64,000 nt of DNA from Candidatus Zhuqueibacterota bacterium (GTDB lineage Bacteria; Zhuqueibacterota; Zhuqueibacteria; Thermofontimicrobiales; Thermofontimicrobiaceae). A model generated the notes under the pieces. The model did not search any database, was not told the DNA's origin, and saw nothing but the letters and a program-made list of their open reading frames with translations. The DNA lies in the NCBI GenBank assembly GCA_049322915.1, contig JBMOPW010000032.1, positions 160,001-224,000 of the forward strand, in the 5' to 3' direction. The translations under genes were made by a program, and so were the position numbers. Positions 19,265-29,155 of this stretch are shown here, in pieces; within the stretch, counting starts at the first letter, position 1; each line of letters opens with the position of its first letter.

Positions 19265-20575
19265 TTGGATAGCCAGTCATTTTTTCAATTGGTGCTATTT
19301 TTTATTTTAGTCTTGCTGTCTGCTTTCTTCTCCGGCAGTGAAGCCGCTTTTTTTTCGTTGTCAAAGGAGATGGTCGAGAGGCTGCGTGAAAGCAGATCCA
19401 AACATGCAACGAGAATCGTTCAGTTACTGGAAAAGCCGCGCTTTTTGCTAATCTCAATCCTGGTCGGCAACACAATCGTCAATGTCGCTGCAGCATCGGT
19501 CGCGGCATTATTTACCAGTGATTTGAGCAGCCGATACCACTTTTCAGAAGATGTGGCCATTTTTGTGGAAGTAATTGTCGTCACCACCGTTCTGATAATT
19601 TTTGCTGAATTGACCCCGAAAATATTTGCAGTCAAAAATGCCTACAAATTTGCTGCTACCATTGCTATCCCTTTAAGGATCATCACAATTATATTGTTTC
19701 CTATCTCTGCTATTTTGAACAATTTTCCGAAGCTCATCTCCGGCCTTGTCGCGACCCGGGTGAGAAAACATCTGTTGTCCAAAGATGAATTAAAAACGTT
19801 GCTGGAAGTGAGTGAGGAAAAAGGCGCGCTCGAAGAAGATGAAAAAGAGATGATTCATTCCATTCTGGAATTTTCTGAGACGACAGTGCGTGAAATTATG
19901 GTGCCTCGCATCGATATGATTCGCGTGGAAAAGAGAGCGTCTCTCGAAATACTCATTGAAACGATCAAGAAAGAGGGACATACCCGCCTTCCGCTGTACG
20001 ACCAGAAAATCGATAATATATTGGGGATAATTCACGCCAAGGACTTGCTGCCTTTTATTGGTGATAATTCTAAAAAGTTTGATCTTGAATCGCTGGCGCG
20101 GCCTGCCATGTTCGTCCCGGAAAGCAAACTGATCGGTGAATTGCTCAAGGATTTTCAGATCGAAAAGCAGCACATGGCAATTGTGGTGGATGAGTATGGC
20201 GGCACAGCCGGCCTCATCACTCTGGAAGACGTCATCGAAGAGATCGTCGGGGAGATACAGGATGAATACGACTCCGAATCGCCGCTCATCAGGAAGATTG
20301 ATGAAAAAACCTATCTCGTCGACGCCAAAATTGATCTGGATGTATTGAATGATGAGCTGGATATCCATCTGCCCGAAGATGCCAGCTATGAAAGTCTGGG
20401 CGGATTCATCCTGGACTTGATTGGCGCGGTGCCTCACAAGAAACAGGAGATAAGCTATTCCGGCTGCCGGTTTATTATTGAAAAAATCGAGCGCAATAGA
20501 ATCGTTCAGGTAATGCTCATTCGGGAACACAGCAGCAACAATAGCCAATCCGATTTTGAACCAGAGGAAAACTGA
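19265..20575 (+). CDS. Hemolysin/CorC (DUF21-CBS-CorC, GldE-like) membrane protein
   Basis: SAFFSGSEAA, ELTPK, EIMVPRIDM, VVDEYGGTAGLITLEDVIEEIVGEIQDEYD. Confidence 0.92.
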   Translation: MDSQSFFQLVLFFILVLLSAFFSGSEAAFFSLSKEMVERLRESRSKHATRIVQLLEKPRFLLISILVGNTIVNVAAASVAALFTSDLSSRYHFSEDVAIFVEVIVVTTVLIIFAELTPKIFAVKNAYKFAATIAIPLRIITIILFPISAILNNFPKLISGLVATRVRKHLLSKDELKTLLEVSEEKGALEEDEKEMIHSILEFSETTVREIMVPRIDMIRVEKRASLEILIETIKKEGHTRLPLYDQKIDNILGIIHAKDLLPFIGDNSKKFDLESLARPAMFVPESKLIGELLKDFQIEKQHMAIVVDEYGGTAGLITLEDVIEEIVGEIQDEYDSESPLIRKIDEKTYLVDAKIDLDVLNDELDIHLPEDASYESLGGFILDLIGAVPHKKQEISYSGCRFIIEKIERNRIVQVMLIREHSSNNSQSDFEPEEN

Positions 20576-20646
20576 GCCCGGACTTCTTTCTGCGAAACGA
20601 ACTGGCGGTGATGTCACTTCAATAAAACAGGCCTGGTTTCACGATT

Positions 20647-20718
20647 AAAAGATGGATTCCCTTTCAGCAGGCAAGCGAAATGCAGGATGCCCCTGGTGAA
20701 GTGGAGTCCATTTTTTTT
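20647..20718 (+). terminator. Long hairpin with T-tract after the CorC gene
   Basis: AAAAGATGGATTCC (20647-60) pairs with GGAGTCCATTTTTT (20703-16). Confidence 0.55.
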
Positions 20719-20760
20719 ATCCTGTAAGAATCGGAGATCTGTTATTGTCAGAAAAAAATC

Positions 20761-20789
20761 TTGACAAAGTAAATAAAATTTATTAATAT
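20761..20789 (+). promoter_or_regulatory. Sigma70-type promoter
   Basis: TTGACA-17 nt-TAATAT upstream of 20851. Confidence 0.65.
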
Positions 20790-20850
20790 ATGGGCGATTA
20801 AAATTAATAAAAAATCCGTTTACCATGTTGAATGTTTTGGGGAGGTTGTT

Positions 20851-22038
20851 ATGCAGAAGATGTATTTCGATGCGCGGGACATTTTTCGCTCGACACGGAT
20901 TGCACTGAGTTTGCAGAGAATCTGGCTGCAATTCGTTGGATTGGCTATTGGCTATCTGGGCTACCTCATGCTCACCTATATTAGCTTCATGACTGCTGGA
21001 TTGGAACTTGTCGGCGTGTGGAAAAAACATGGTTTACTGCCGTGTATTTTTTCAGAGCCCCATACCTGGATCGCGACGATGGTCTACAGCATCGGTGTGC
21101 TATGGCTGCTGGTGGTCTATTTAATCGCCACGACGGCTGTTGCCAGGGCGACGTACATGACTTCGAAGGGCAATCATTTTTACACATGGAGAGATGCTTT
21201 AAAATTTTCATTCAGGAAGATCAGTTCCATTATCCTTTCGCCGATGGCCATTTTGATTTTAATCGGATTATTCGTTTCAGGCGGCGCTGTCGTTGGATGG
21301 TTGGGAAAAATACCGTTCATCGGAGAATTTGGAATCACCATTTTTACGTTGTTTTGGTTCATCGCTTCTTTGCTCATTGTATTTTTTGGCATTGTGCTGA
21401 TTGTGGCGCTGATTCAGGCGCCGGCGATTTTGGCAACCACCGATGACGACGCATTCGAAGTTGTGTTTCAGTCGTTCTCCCTTGTCTGGGCTCAGCCCTG
21501 GCGTCTGATTCTATACGAAGCGATTTCGGCTGTCATGGCAGTGGTGGGTTTTGTCGTTCTGGCTACTATTTCAAAAAATGCCTACATCGTGATGGACAGA
21601 ATATTCAGCAATACCATGGGCGAAGATTTCATCAATATCTCCGCGCAGGGAATGTACATTCTTTCAGTATGGCTCACCCACTCTATGAACTGGGTTCACT
21701 CCGCGTTTCACGATATTTCCGATATGTTCTATTTCAGCCGTGAATATGATCCGCTGCAATTAGCGATTGGTTATCATTATGCGGCCTCTTACATTTTTGC
21801 CCTGTGGATGCTGTTCATTGGCGGTTTGATTCTCTCCTACGGAATCGCGTCGTTCAATGTGGGCAATACGCTCACCTATCTGGTGCTGCGAAAGAAGAAG
21901 GACGATGAGAATCTCCTTGAGCGCAAAGATAAAGAGGAGGAAGAAGACGAGGAGGAAGAATCTTCGGAAGAGAAGAAAGAGGGCAATGCCGACGAGTCAA
22001 AGGGTACGACCGAAGACGAAGAAAAAGAAGAAGCGTGA
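20851..22038 (+). CDS. Polytopic membrane protein of unknown function with acidic C-terminal tail
   Basis: About 6-7 hydrophobic segments; GGAGG RBS; tail KEEEEDEEEESSEEKK. Confidence 0.85.
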   Translation: MQKMYFDARDIFRSTRIALSLQRIWLQFVGLAIGYLGYLMLTYISFMTAGLELVGVWKKHGLLPCIFSEPHTWIATMVYSIGVLWLLVVYLIATTAVARATYMTSKGNHFYTWRDALKFSFRKISSIILSPMAILILIGLFVSGGAVVGWLGKIPFIGEFGITIFTLFWFIASLLIVFFGIVLIVALIQAPAILATTDDDAFEVVFQSFSLVWAQPWRLILYEAISAVMAVVGFVVLATISKNAYIVMDRIFSNTMGEDFINISAQGMYILSVWLTHSMNWVHSAFHDISDMFYFSREYDPLQLAIGYHYAASYIFALWMLFIGGLILSYGIASFNVGNTLTYLVLRKKKDDENLLERKDKEEEEDEEEESSEEKKEGNADESKGTTEDEEKEEA

Positions 22039-22124
22039 TAATGCTAAAATACTGTGTGGATGAAACGCGCCGAGAGGCCACCTGTGCGCTACCCAAATTT
22101 TTATAAGATGAATTTCTGATGAAT

Positions 22125-22163
22125 ACCATCCGTGATATGACCCACGGATGGTTTTTTATTTTT
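22125..22163 (+). terminator. Rho-independent terminator
   Basis: ACCATCCGTG/CACGGATGGT perfect 10-bp stem plus T run. Confidence 0.85.
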
Positions 22164-22270
22164 GAGAGCTATCTACGGATTTAGGCCGGTTCCAGCAACG
22201 ACTTTCTGGGCTTGTAGCTACCAAAATGAGACGATAGTTTAGCGGGTATTTCATGAGTTAACTCGAAGGG

Positions 22271-23311
22271 ATGAAAAATATGGCTATAAATCAGTTACGG
22301 AAAGATCCCATCTCCGGGCGATGGACGATTGTTCTGAAAGATGAATTTCAATTAGAAAAGTTAATAATAAATACGAAGACTAAATTTGAGGAGCCTAAAG
22401 TTGGCGTTTGTCCCTTCTGCGAGACGAAAGAACACCTGACGCCTCCGGAAATAATGGCGCTTCGCCGCGAGGGGTATCCCCAGAACGGACAGGGCTGGCG
22501 CGTTCGCGTGATACCGGATAAGAATCCGGTGCTCCAGATTTACGGCGATATCAACAACAGGGGAGTTGGTCTCTACGATGTGCTGGATGGAATTGGCGCG
22601 CATGAAATTGTCATTGAAACGCCGCGGCACGATGAATCGTTGGCGGATCTGGCGCCGGAGCAGATTTCGGAAGTACTCTGGACCTACAAGGAACGCATTC
22701 TTGATTTGAAAGAAGATGAGCGGCTACGCTACATCATGGTACATAAAAATTCCGGCGAGGCGGTGGGCGAGACAGCCGAACACTCATATTCATTTATCAT
22801 TGGCTCTCCGGTGACGCCCAAACGGGTGAAAGATGAATTGGTGAATTCCCGCGAATACTTCCAGTACAAGGAGCGCTGCGTTTTTTGCGACGTCATCCGG
22901 CAGGAGAAATTGATGGAGGAGCGAATCGTTGTGGACGATGGCAATTATCTTGCCTTCACTCCCTTTGCCTCGCGCCGGCCCTTCGAAGTGTGGATTGCCC
23001 CGCAACGGCATCAGACATTTTTCGAACAGGAAGCTGATATCCATGGGCTGGCGGTTATTTTGAAGTCGGTGTTGGGCAGGCTCTTTAAACTCCTGAATAA
23101 ACCGGCCTATACCATGGTGGTTCATTCCGGACCAAACATCAAAGCCGGTCGGAAGCGGGGCTTCTGGACGACGCTGGAGAAAGATTATCACTGGCACATT
23201 GAAATTACGCCGCGACTCCGAAGCTACACAAGTTTTGAGGTGAGCGCTGGCTTCCCGGTAAATTCAGTGATACCGTTCCGGGCCGCCGAGTTGCTGAGAG
23301 GGGTTGAATAA
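22271..23311 (+). CDS. GalT/HIT-superfamily nucleotidyltransferase-like protein with degenerate active site
   Basis: QLRKDPISGRW, CPFC, GAHEIVIETP, RCVFCD, YHWHIEITPRL; canonical HxHxQ reads HSYSF. Confidence 0.85.
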   Translation: MKNMAINQLRKDPISGRWTIVLKDEFQLEKLIINTKTKFEEPKVGVCPFCETKEHLTPPEIMALRREGYPQNGQGWRVRVIPDKNPVLQIYGDINNRGVGLYDVLDGIGAHEIVIETPRHDESLADLAPEQISEVLWTYKERILDLKEDERLRYIMVHKNSGEAVGETAEHSYSFIIGSPVTPKRVKDELVNSREYFQYKERCVFCDVIRQEKLMEERIVVDDGNYLAFTPFASRRPFEVWIAPQRHQTFFEQEADIHGLAVILKSVLGRLFKLLNKPAYTMVVHSGPNIKAGRKRGFWTTLEKDYHWHIEITPRLRSYTSFEVSAGFPVNSVIPFRAAELLRGVE

Positions 23312-23323
23312 TTCTCTGTTGCT

Positions 23324-24244
23324 ATGGCTTATTTTCAGCTCGAAAAAATGCCGTCCTGTCTGGCGCTGTATCAATCCGGCGAACTGTACCTGCGCATACA
23401 GCGGCTGCACGATATGTTAAAACAATGCAGCCTCTGTCCCCGTCGCTGCGGCGTTGATCGGACTGCCGGCGAAATTGGCGTCTGCAACGCCGGCGCCACA
23501 TTGAAAGTATCCAGCGCTTTTCCCCACTTTGGCGAAGAACGCCCGCTGGTTGGCAGGCGCGGTTCCGGCACGATCTTTTTCAGCCATTGCAACCTGCGCT
23601 GTAGTTTTTGCCAGAATTATGACATCAGCCACCACGGCGCCGGCGATGAAGTGAGTCCGGCGCAATTGTCCGGAATGATGATGTCGCTTCAGAACGCCGG
23701 ATGTCTGAATATCAATTTTGTCACGCCCACCCATTTTGTTCCGTACATTGTAGCAGCGCTGCCGCAGGCGATTCAGGATGGCCTGAAAATTCCCCTCGTC
23801 TATAATTGCAGCGGATATGAATCTCTGGAAGTGATCGAACTGCTCGATGGGATCATTGATATTTACATGCCGGATGCGAAATTTTCCAGCGTGGAGCATG
23901 CAACGCGATTCGCCTGTGCTGGTGATTACTTTTCAGTGTTGAAGCCAGTCCTCAAGGAAATGCATCGCCAGGTGGGCTCGCTCAAAACGACAGAACATGG
24001 GGACGCCTATCGCGGGCTGCTCATTCGGCATCTGGTAATGCCGAATGATACGGCTGGCTCGCGGGAGATTTTGAGATTCATTGCTACTGAACTCGGTGCG
24101 GACAGCTATGTGAATATCATGAATCAATACCGTCCCTGCTTTCACGCCACAGCTGACTCGCTGATCAACCGACCCATTACCTCATGGGAATATCAATCAG
24201 CCATTGAATTGGCAAAAGAATTTGGCCTCAATCGGGGCTTTTAA
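23324..24244 (+). CDS. Radical SAM protein (PflX-like)
   Basis: CSLCPRRC, HFGEE, GSGTIFF, CNLRCSFCQN, RHLVMP, NIMNQYRP. Confidence 0.92.
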   Translation: MAYFQLEKMPSCLALYQSGELYLRIQRLHDMLKQCSLCPRRCGVDRTAGEIGVCNAGATLKVSSAFPHFGEERPLVGRRGSGTIFFSHCNLRCSFCQNYDISHHGAGDEVSPAQLSGMMMSLQNAGCLNINFVTPTHFVPYIVAALPQAIQDGLKIPLVYNCSGYESLEVIELLDGIIDIYMPDAKFSSVEHATRFACAGDYFSVLKPVLKEMHRQVGSLKTTEHGDAYRGLLIRHLVMPNDTAGSREILRFIATELGADSYVNIMNQYRPCFHATADSLINRPITSWEYQSAIELAKEFGLNRGF

Positions 24245-24263
24245 GAATGGAAGGAGTACCGCT

Positions 24264-25760
24264 TTGGAAATCGCGAATTGTCCCCGCCTTCAGATGTCTA
24301 ACATAACCAAGAAATACGCCGGGATTACGGCGCTTCAATCCGTGAATTTCACACTGAACAGGGGTGAGGTGCACGCTCTCGTCGGGGAGAATGGAGCCGG
24401 AAAATCAACGCTGATTAAGATACTTGGCGGAGCTATTCCCAAAACTCAGGGGGAAATTTTCTTCGATGGCGTGAAGCAGGAAATCCATGATCCCCAGCAG
24501 GCGCAAAGGTTGGGCGTTGCAGTCATTTACCAGGAACTCATGCTGGCTCCGGATCTCACGGCAGCCGATAATATCCTGTTGGGCCGATTTCCCAAAAAAT
24601 GGAAACTGTTTGTGGATAAAAAAGAGGTGCTACGGCGGTCGAGGGAAATTTTATCCATGCTGGGCTCTCAGATTGATTTGAACATTCCCATTCATTTGCT
24701 GACCATCGCTGAACAGCAGATGGTTGAAGTTGCCCGGGCGCTATCACTGAACGCGAACATCATTGTCATGGACGAGCCCTCGGCTGTGTTGACGCCGCAT
24801 GAATTGGGAAAGCTGTTCGACGTGATTCGCACACTCAAACAGCAGGGCGTCTCATTCATTTACATCTCGCATCGGTTGGAAGAAGTGTTTCGAATCGCCG
24901 ATCGGGTGACGGTGCTTCGCGACGGCGCGCACCAGTGCACAAGAAATATTCGGGATGTGAATCGCGACCAGATCATCACCTTGATGGTGGGCCGAAATTT
25001 GACATTCGCTGATGCCGCCGCGCCGATAGGGAAAGGGCATCAGGCAATTTTGGAAGTCAAAGGGCTTCGCAGTGAATTTCTGCAGCATCCGATAGACTTC
25101 ACATTGTATCAGGGAGAAATTCTGGGCATCGCCGGGTTGGTCGGCGCTGGCCGAACCCAGGTGGTCCGGGCGTTGTTTGGCGCGGATGCAAAACTGGCCG
25201 GGCAAATTTTCATCAATGGCAAGACAGTGGAAATTCATTCACCGGCAGATGCTGTGCGGCAGGGATTGGGACTTGTTCCCGAGGATCGGAAAAACCAGGG
25301 ATTGCTGATGGATTTGTCCGTGGCTGAAAATATGACCATCACCAATCTCAAAAAATTAACGAGCGCCGGGGTGATTAAAAAATCAAGGGAAAAACAGACG
25401 GCGGAGTCGTTGATAGCCCGTCTTGACATTCGGACATCCTCAATCGCTGATAACATAACCAGCCTGAGCGGGGGAAATCAGCAAAAAGTGATACTGGCGC
25501 GGTGGCTGGACAGCAACGCGAAAATCATAATTTTTGATGAACCGACTCGCGGCGTTGACGTAGGGGCGAAGAGTCAAATTCATTCGCTCATGCGGGAGTT
25601 GAAGGCTCAGGGGACATCGATTATCATGATTTCATCGGAACTACCGGAGATACTCGATTTGAGCGATCGGATTCTTGTCATGCGTCAGGGTCGAATCACC
25701 GGGCAACTGCAGCGAGAACTGGCGACGGAAGAAAAGATCATTTCCATGGCAACTCAATGA
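24264..25760 (+). CDS. Sugar ABC transporter ATP-binding protein (RbsA/MglA type, two NBDs)
   Basis: GENGAGKSTL, MDEPS, YISHRL, VPEDRK, LSGGNQQKV, DEPTRGVDVGAK; TTG start after AAGGAG. Confidence 0.94.
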   Translation: MEIANCPRLQMSNITKKYAGITALQSVNFTLNRGEVHALVGENGAGKSTLIKILGGAIPKTQGEIFFDGVKQEIHDPQQAQRLGVAVIYQELMLAPDLTAADNILLGRFPKKWKLFVDKKEVLRRSREILSMLGSQIDLNIPIHLLTIAEQQMVEVARALSLNANIIVMDEPSAVLTPHELGKLFDVIRTLKQQGVSFIYISHRLEEVFRIADRVTVLRDGAHQCTRNIRDVNRDQIITLMVGRNLTFADAAAPIGKGHQAILEVKGLRSEFLQHPIDFTLYQGEILGIAGLVGAGRTQVVRALFGADAKLAGQIFINGKTVEIHSPADAVRQGLGLVPEDRKNQGLLMDLSVAENMTITNLKKLTSAGVIKKSREKQTAESLIARLDIRTSSIADNITSLSGGNQQKVILARWLDSNAKIIIFDEPTRGVDVGAKSQIHSLMRELKAQGTSIIMISSELPEILDLSDRILVMRQGRITGQLQRELATEEKIISMATQ

Positions 25761-25784
25761 ACAAAGGAAAAGGAGCGCTGACAC

Positions 25785-26927
25785 ATGTTGAAATTATTTA
25801 TCCTGATAAGTGCAATGCACTTATTTTTCAATAGCTGCATCGGGCAGGAAAAGGCGATTACGATTACTGTCACCGCCGCTGATTCCGTCATGCCGGCAGA
25901 TGATAAAATTTATATCACCGGAAATGTGAAGCAATTGGGAAATTGGCAACCGGATTCCGTTTCTTTGAATAAAATCGGCAATTCGACCTGGGAAATAACG
26001 TTGAAATTTCAGGTCGGCGAGCGGTTAGAATACAAATTCACCCGGGGAAGCTGGCAAAAAGAAGAGGTGCTGCCTGGCGGCGTTGTGCCCGGCAATAAAT
26101 ATTTGATTGTTCAGTCGGATCAACGGGTGGAACACACCATTTACAACTGGCGGGATTTCTACCACACCCGGGTCGGTGGAATGACCGGCGCTGTGTCGTA
26201 TCATGAAAATTTCCCTTCACAGAAGTTGGGCAATACCAGAACGCTCATCGTGTGGACTCCGCCAGATTATGAGCAAAGCACGACGCGATATCCGGTTTTA
26301 TACATGCACGACGGGCAGAATGTTTTCGATCCGGCAACGTCCTTCCTGGGCGTTGACTGGCAAATTGATGAAACCGTCGATAGCCTGATTCGTCGCCAAA
26401 GGATCGAGGAAATTATTGTCGTGGGAATTTACAATACCGCAGACAGACTGCTCGAATATACCGATACTGAAAAAGGCCGCGCCTACATGGATTTTCTTGT
26501 CAATGAAGTAAAACCGTTCATCGATCAAAATTACCGGACAAAAACAGACCGGGACAACACAGCGATTATGGGCTCGTCCCTGGGTGGCCTGATTTCGTTC
26601 TATCTTGTCTGGCGATTTCCGGACATTTTCAGCAAGGCAGCCTGTCTTTCCACGTCCATTTACTGGAATAACGGCGCCATGGCCAGGGAAATCGAAGCGT
26701 ACAATGGGCCAAAAAAAGATATTAAAATTTATTTTGACAGCAGCGGTGCGGGCAGAGAGGGGCTGCTGCTTCCATTCTATCATCGGATTAATGAATTATT
26801 GGGCGCCAAAGGCTTTCAGATGGGAGTGGATCTGGAATATTTCTACGACGAAAAGGCGGATCATTCTGAGCCCTCCTGGGCCAAACGTTCCTGGCGACCG
26901 TTGGAATTTATGTTTGGGTTGAAATAA
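25785..26927 (+). CDS. Exported CBM20-like domain plus alpha/beta-hydrolase (esterase)
   Basis: IYITGN..LGNWQP...LEYKFTRGSW; YPVLYMHDGQN; GSSLGG nucleophile elbow; HSEPSW. Confidence 0.88.
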   Translation: MLKLFILISAMHLFFNSCIGQEKAITITVTAADSVMPADDKIYITGNVKQLGNWQPDSVSLNKIGNSTWEITLKFQVGERLEYKFTRGSWQKEEVLPGGVVPGNKYLIVQSDQRVEHTIYNWRDFYHTRVGGMTGAVSYHENFPSQKLGNTRTLIVWTPPDYEQSTTRYPVLYMHDGQNVFDPATSFLGVDWQIDETVDSLIRRQRIEEIIVVGIYNTADRLLEYTDTEKGRAYMDFLVNEVKPFIDQNYRTKTDRDNTAIMGSSLGGLISFYLVWRFPDIFSKAACLSTSIYWNNGAMAREIEAYNGPKKDIKIYFDSSGAGREGLLLPFYHRINELLGAKGFQMGVDLEYFYDEKADHSEPSWAKRSWRPLEFMFGLK

Positions 26928-27124
26928 GGCGCCCGGCGGATGCCAATCTGCCGCGACCCAGCTTGTGCGTTCTCCGCCGATGTGAATCAGGCTTTTTCCG
27001 GGTCAGCTTCGAGCCGCAGTAATGTGTGGTTGAACTGAGTCACCCACATCGACGTAATTATCGATTCCGCGCCAATTGAATCTTTTTTCTTCTCCGATCA
27101 TCAAAATAGCAGGAGGAAAGAGAA

Positions 27125-27328
27125 ATGGAGAAGAAACCAGAGGCCATTATTCAGACGATTTGCGGCTCGATCGAGGATCGAATCGACGCATGTGCGGATC
27201 GGCATGTCGCTCAACTCTTGAAGGAGCGACTATGCTCGGAGCTGCGTGAGGGCTGCAAAAGTGAAATCGTAAATAATTTTTTAGATAAAATTGTCGATGA
27301 ATTGATAAAACGAAAATTCAGAAATTGA
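27125..27328 (+). CDS. Small hypothetical protein with 4 Cys
   Basis: AGGAGG RBS; 67 aa; adjacent to the next ORF. Confidence 0.7.
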   Translation: MEKKPEAIIQTICGSIEDRIDACADRHVAQLLKERLCSELREGCKSEIVNNFLDKIVDELIKRKFRN

Positions 27329-27332
27329 TGCA

Positions 27333-27545
27333 ATGGAAAAGGTGACCAAAAAAGTTACAATTGAAGAGTTAATCGTGGAGCACCCATTTTCAGTGAATTA
27401 TCTGATGGAGAAGAATATCCGCTGCATTCGCTGCGGAGAACCCATTTGGGGGACACTGGAGGAAGCTGCACGGGAAAAAGGCTATACAGATGATCAAATC
27501 GAATTAATTGTGAATGATATGAATGAAACAATCAGCAAACAGTAA
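27333..27545 (+). CDS. DUF1858-like small protein
   Basis: TIEELIVEHP...CIRCGEPIWGTLEEAA pattern. Confidence 0.8.
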   Translation: MEKVTKKVTIEELIVEHPFSVNYLMEKNIRCIRCGEPIWGTLEEAAREKGYTDDQIELIVNDMNETISKQ

Positions 27546-27569
27546 AATAGTCTGTGTTAAGGAGGATTA

Positions 27570-27992
27570 ATGAAAGCAAAATTAAGACAGGTGAATGGCC
27601 TGACCCTGGTCGGAAAAGGCGATTCAAATCATTGGGTAGCATTGGATACAGTGGAACATCTCGGAGGTACCGATGCTGGTACAAAGCCGATGGAATTGAT
27701 TTTATTGGGACTGGGTGGTTGCACGGCGATGGATGTGCTCTCGATTCTCAAAAAGAAACGGACGCCGATAACCGGATTTGAGATGGAGGTGGATGCAGAA
27801 CAGGCGGAAAATTTTCCCAAGGTATTCACGAAAATTACGGTCAAATATATTTTTTACGGCGATAAAACCAGGATCAAAACGACGGATATCGAGCATGCCA
27901 TGGAGCTTTCGGCTAATGTTTACTGCTCCGTGTCCGCCATGTTAAAAGCTACAGCAGATATTCGGTATGAGTATGAAATCAAAGAGGCATGA
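27570..27992 (+). CDS. OsmC family protein (YhfA-like)
   Basis: KPMELILLGLGGCTAMDV and YCSVS two-Cys motifs. Confidence 0.92.
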   Translation: MKAKLRQVNGLTLVGKGDSNHWVALDTVEHLGGTDAGTKPMELILLGLGGCTAMDVLSILKKKRTPITGFEMEVDAEQAENFPKVFTKITVKYIFYGDKTRIKTTDIEHAMELSANVYCSVSAMLKATADIRYEYEIKEA

Positions 27993-28103
27993 TTGATTCA
28001 GGGATTATATTGAAATAAATCTGGAACTTCCATCAAATAAAACTTGTTTTTTTCAATTTAATTATTTATTATTTCACGTTGTAAAAAAATTGGAAGACAG
28101 GGT

Positions 28104-28676
28104 ATGATGGAAGTTTCAGAGAAAGATCTAATTCAACACGCTCGAAATGGCGATCGAATTGCACAGGCTCGGATTGTAGAAAAGTATGAAAAGATGGTCT
28201 ACAATCTGGGATTGAAATTATTGGGCAACCCGGATGCTGCCGAGTGCATTTTGCAGGAGACGTTTTTAAAAGTACTTCAGGCATTGCCCAACTTCAAAGA
28301 GCAGTCCCAATTGTCAACGTGGATCTATCGCATTGCGACAAATCAGGCGTTGATGCGTCTACGCACCAAGAAAAAAGAGCGCGCATCGTTCGAATCGAAC
28401 CTGGAAGATGAAAACAAGGATTACTCAGTTTTCATCCAGTCCCTCGACGCCGGGCCATTGGATGCGTTACTCAACACAGAGCTCAAAGAAAAGATGGACT
28501 ATGCCATCAGCAAGCTGCCGGACAATTACCGGACTGTCTTTGTGTTGAAAGACATTGAAGGAATGGCGTTGAAAGAAATAGCCGAGCTGCTGGATCTTTC
28601 ATTGCCGGCTGTGAAATCCAATTTGCATCGCGCGCGGGTTTTTCTGAGAAACCAATTATCTGAAATTTGGAATTAA
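28104..28676 (+). CDS. ECF RNA polymerase sigma factor
   Basis: QETFLK, STWIYRIATN, YRTVFVLKDIEG, VKSNLHRAR. Confidence 0.93.
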   Translation: MMEVSEKDLIQHARNGDRIAQARIVEKYEKMVYNLGLKLLGNPDAAECILQETFLKVLQALPNFKEQSQLSTWIYRIATNQALMRLRTKKKERASFESNLEDENKDYSVFIQSLDAGPLDALLNTELKEKMDYAISKLPDNYRTVFVLKDIEGMALKEIAELLDLSLPAVKSNLHRARVFLRNQLSEIWN

Positions 28677-28688
28677 TTGAGTGACAGC

Positions 28689-28922
28689 ATGAATTGTATT
28701 GATACACTAAATAAAATCTGTGAAGAATTGGGCGAGTACATTGACGGCACGCTATGTTCGGACGTGCAGGAGCATTTACAACACTGCCCCAAATGCTGCG
28801 CTCATGTGGATTCCATTCGCAAAGTGGTTTACCTCTATAAAAAGTCTGCCCAGGAAGATGTCCCTCAAAAAATCGATGAAAGGCTCTGGAGAATTTTGAA
28901 TCTTCAAAAGCCATGTGATTGA
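28689..28922 (+). CDS. Soluble zinc-finger anti-sigma factor (zf-HC2/ZAS)
   Basis: EYIDG and HLQHCPKC (HxxxCxxC); directly after the ECF sigma; no TM. Confidence 0.88.
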   Translation: MNCIDTLNKICEELGEYIDGTLCSDVQEHLQHCPKCCAHVDSIRKVVYLYKKSAQEDVPQKIDERLWRILNLQKPCD

Positions 28923-28990
28923 TTTTTTTCTCCTCTCATGTAAACTTGTCATCCCCCCGATAGAGCTGAAAATAGGCCCAAACATTTCGC

Positions 28991-29019
28991 TTGACACATG
29001 AAAAAATATTTCGTATATT
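28991..29019 (+). promoter_or_regulatory. Sigma70-type promoter for rpiB-deoC
   Basis: TTGACA-17 nt-TATATT. Confidence 0.7.
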
Positions 29020-29155
29020 AGCGCAATTTCAACTCCCCGTTGAACATTCTGATTTTTAAAGAATAAGGCTTGTTGAAATATGAATTATTCATGCCTCTGG
29101 GAACAGCGCATAGCGTGTTCCGGGAGCGGTGAATGAAACAAGGGAGTCGGTTGCC

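Noticed and set aside
21920..22035. GAA/GAG-rich low-complexity tract
   Set aside because: It encodes the acidic protein tail.
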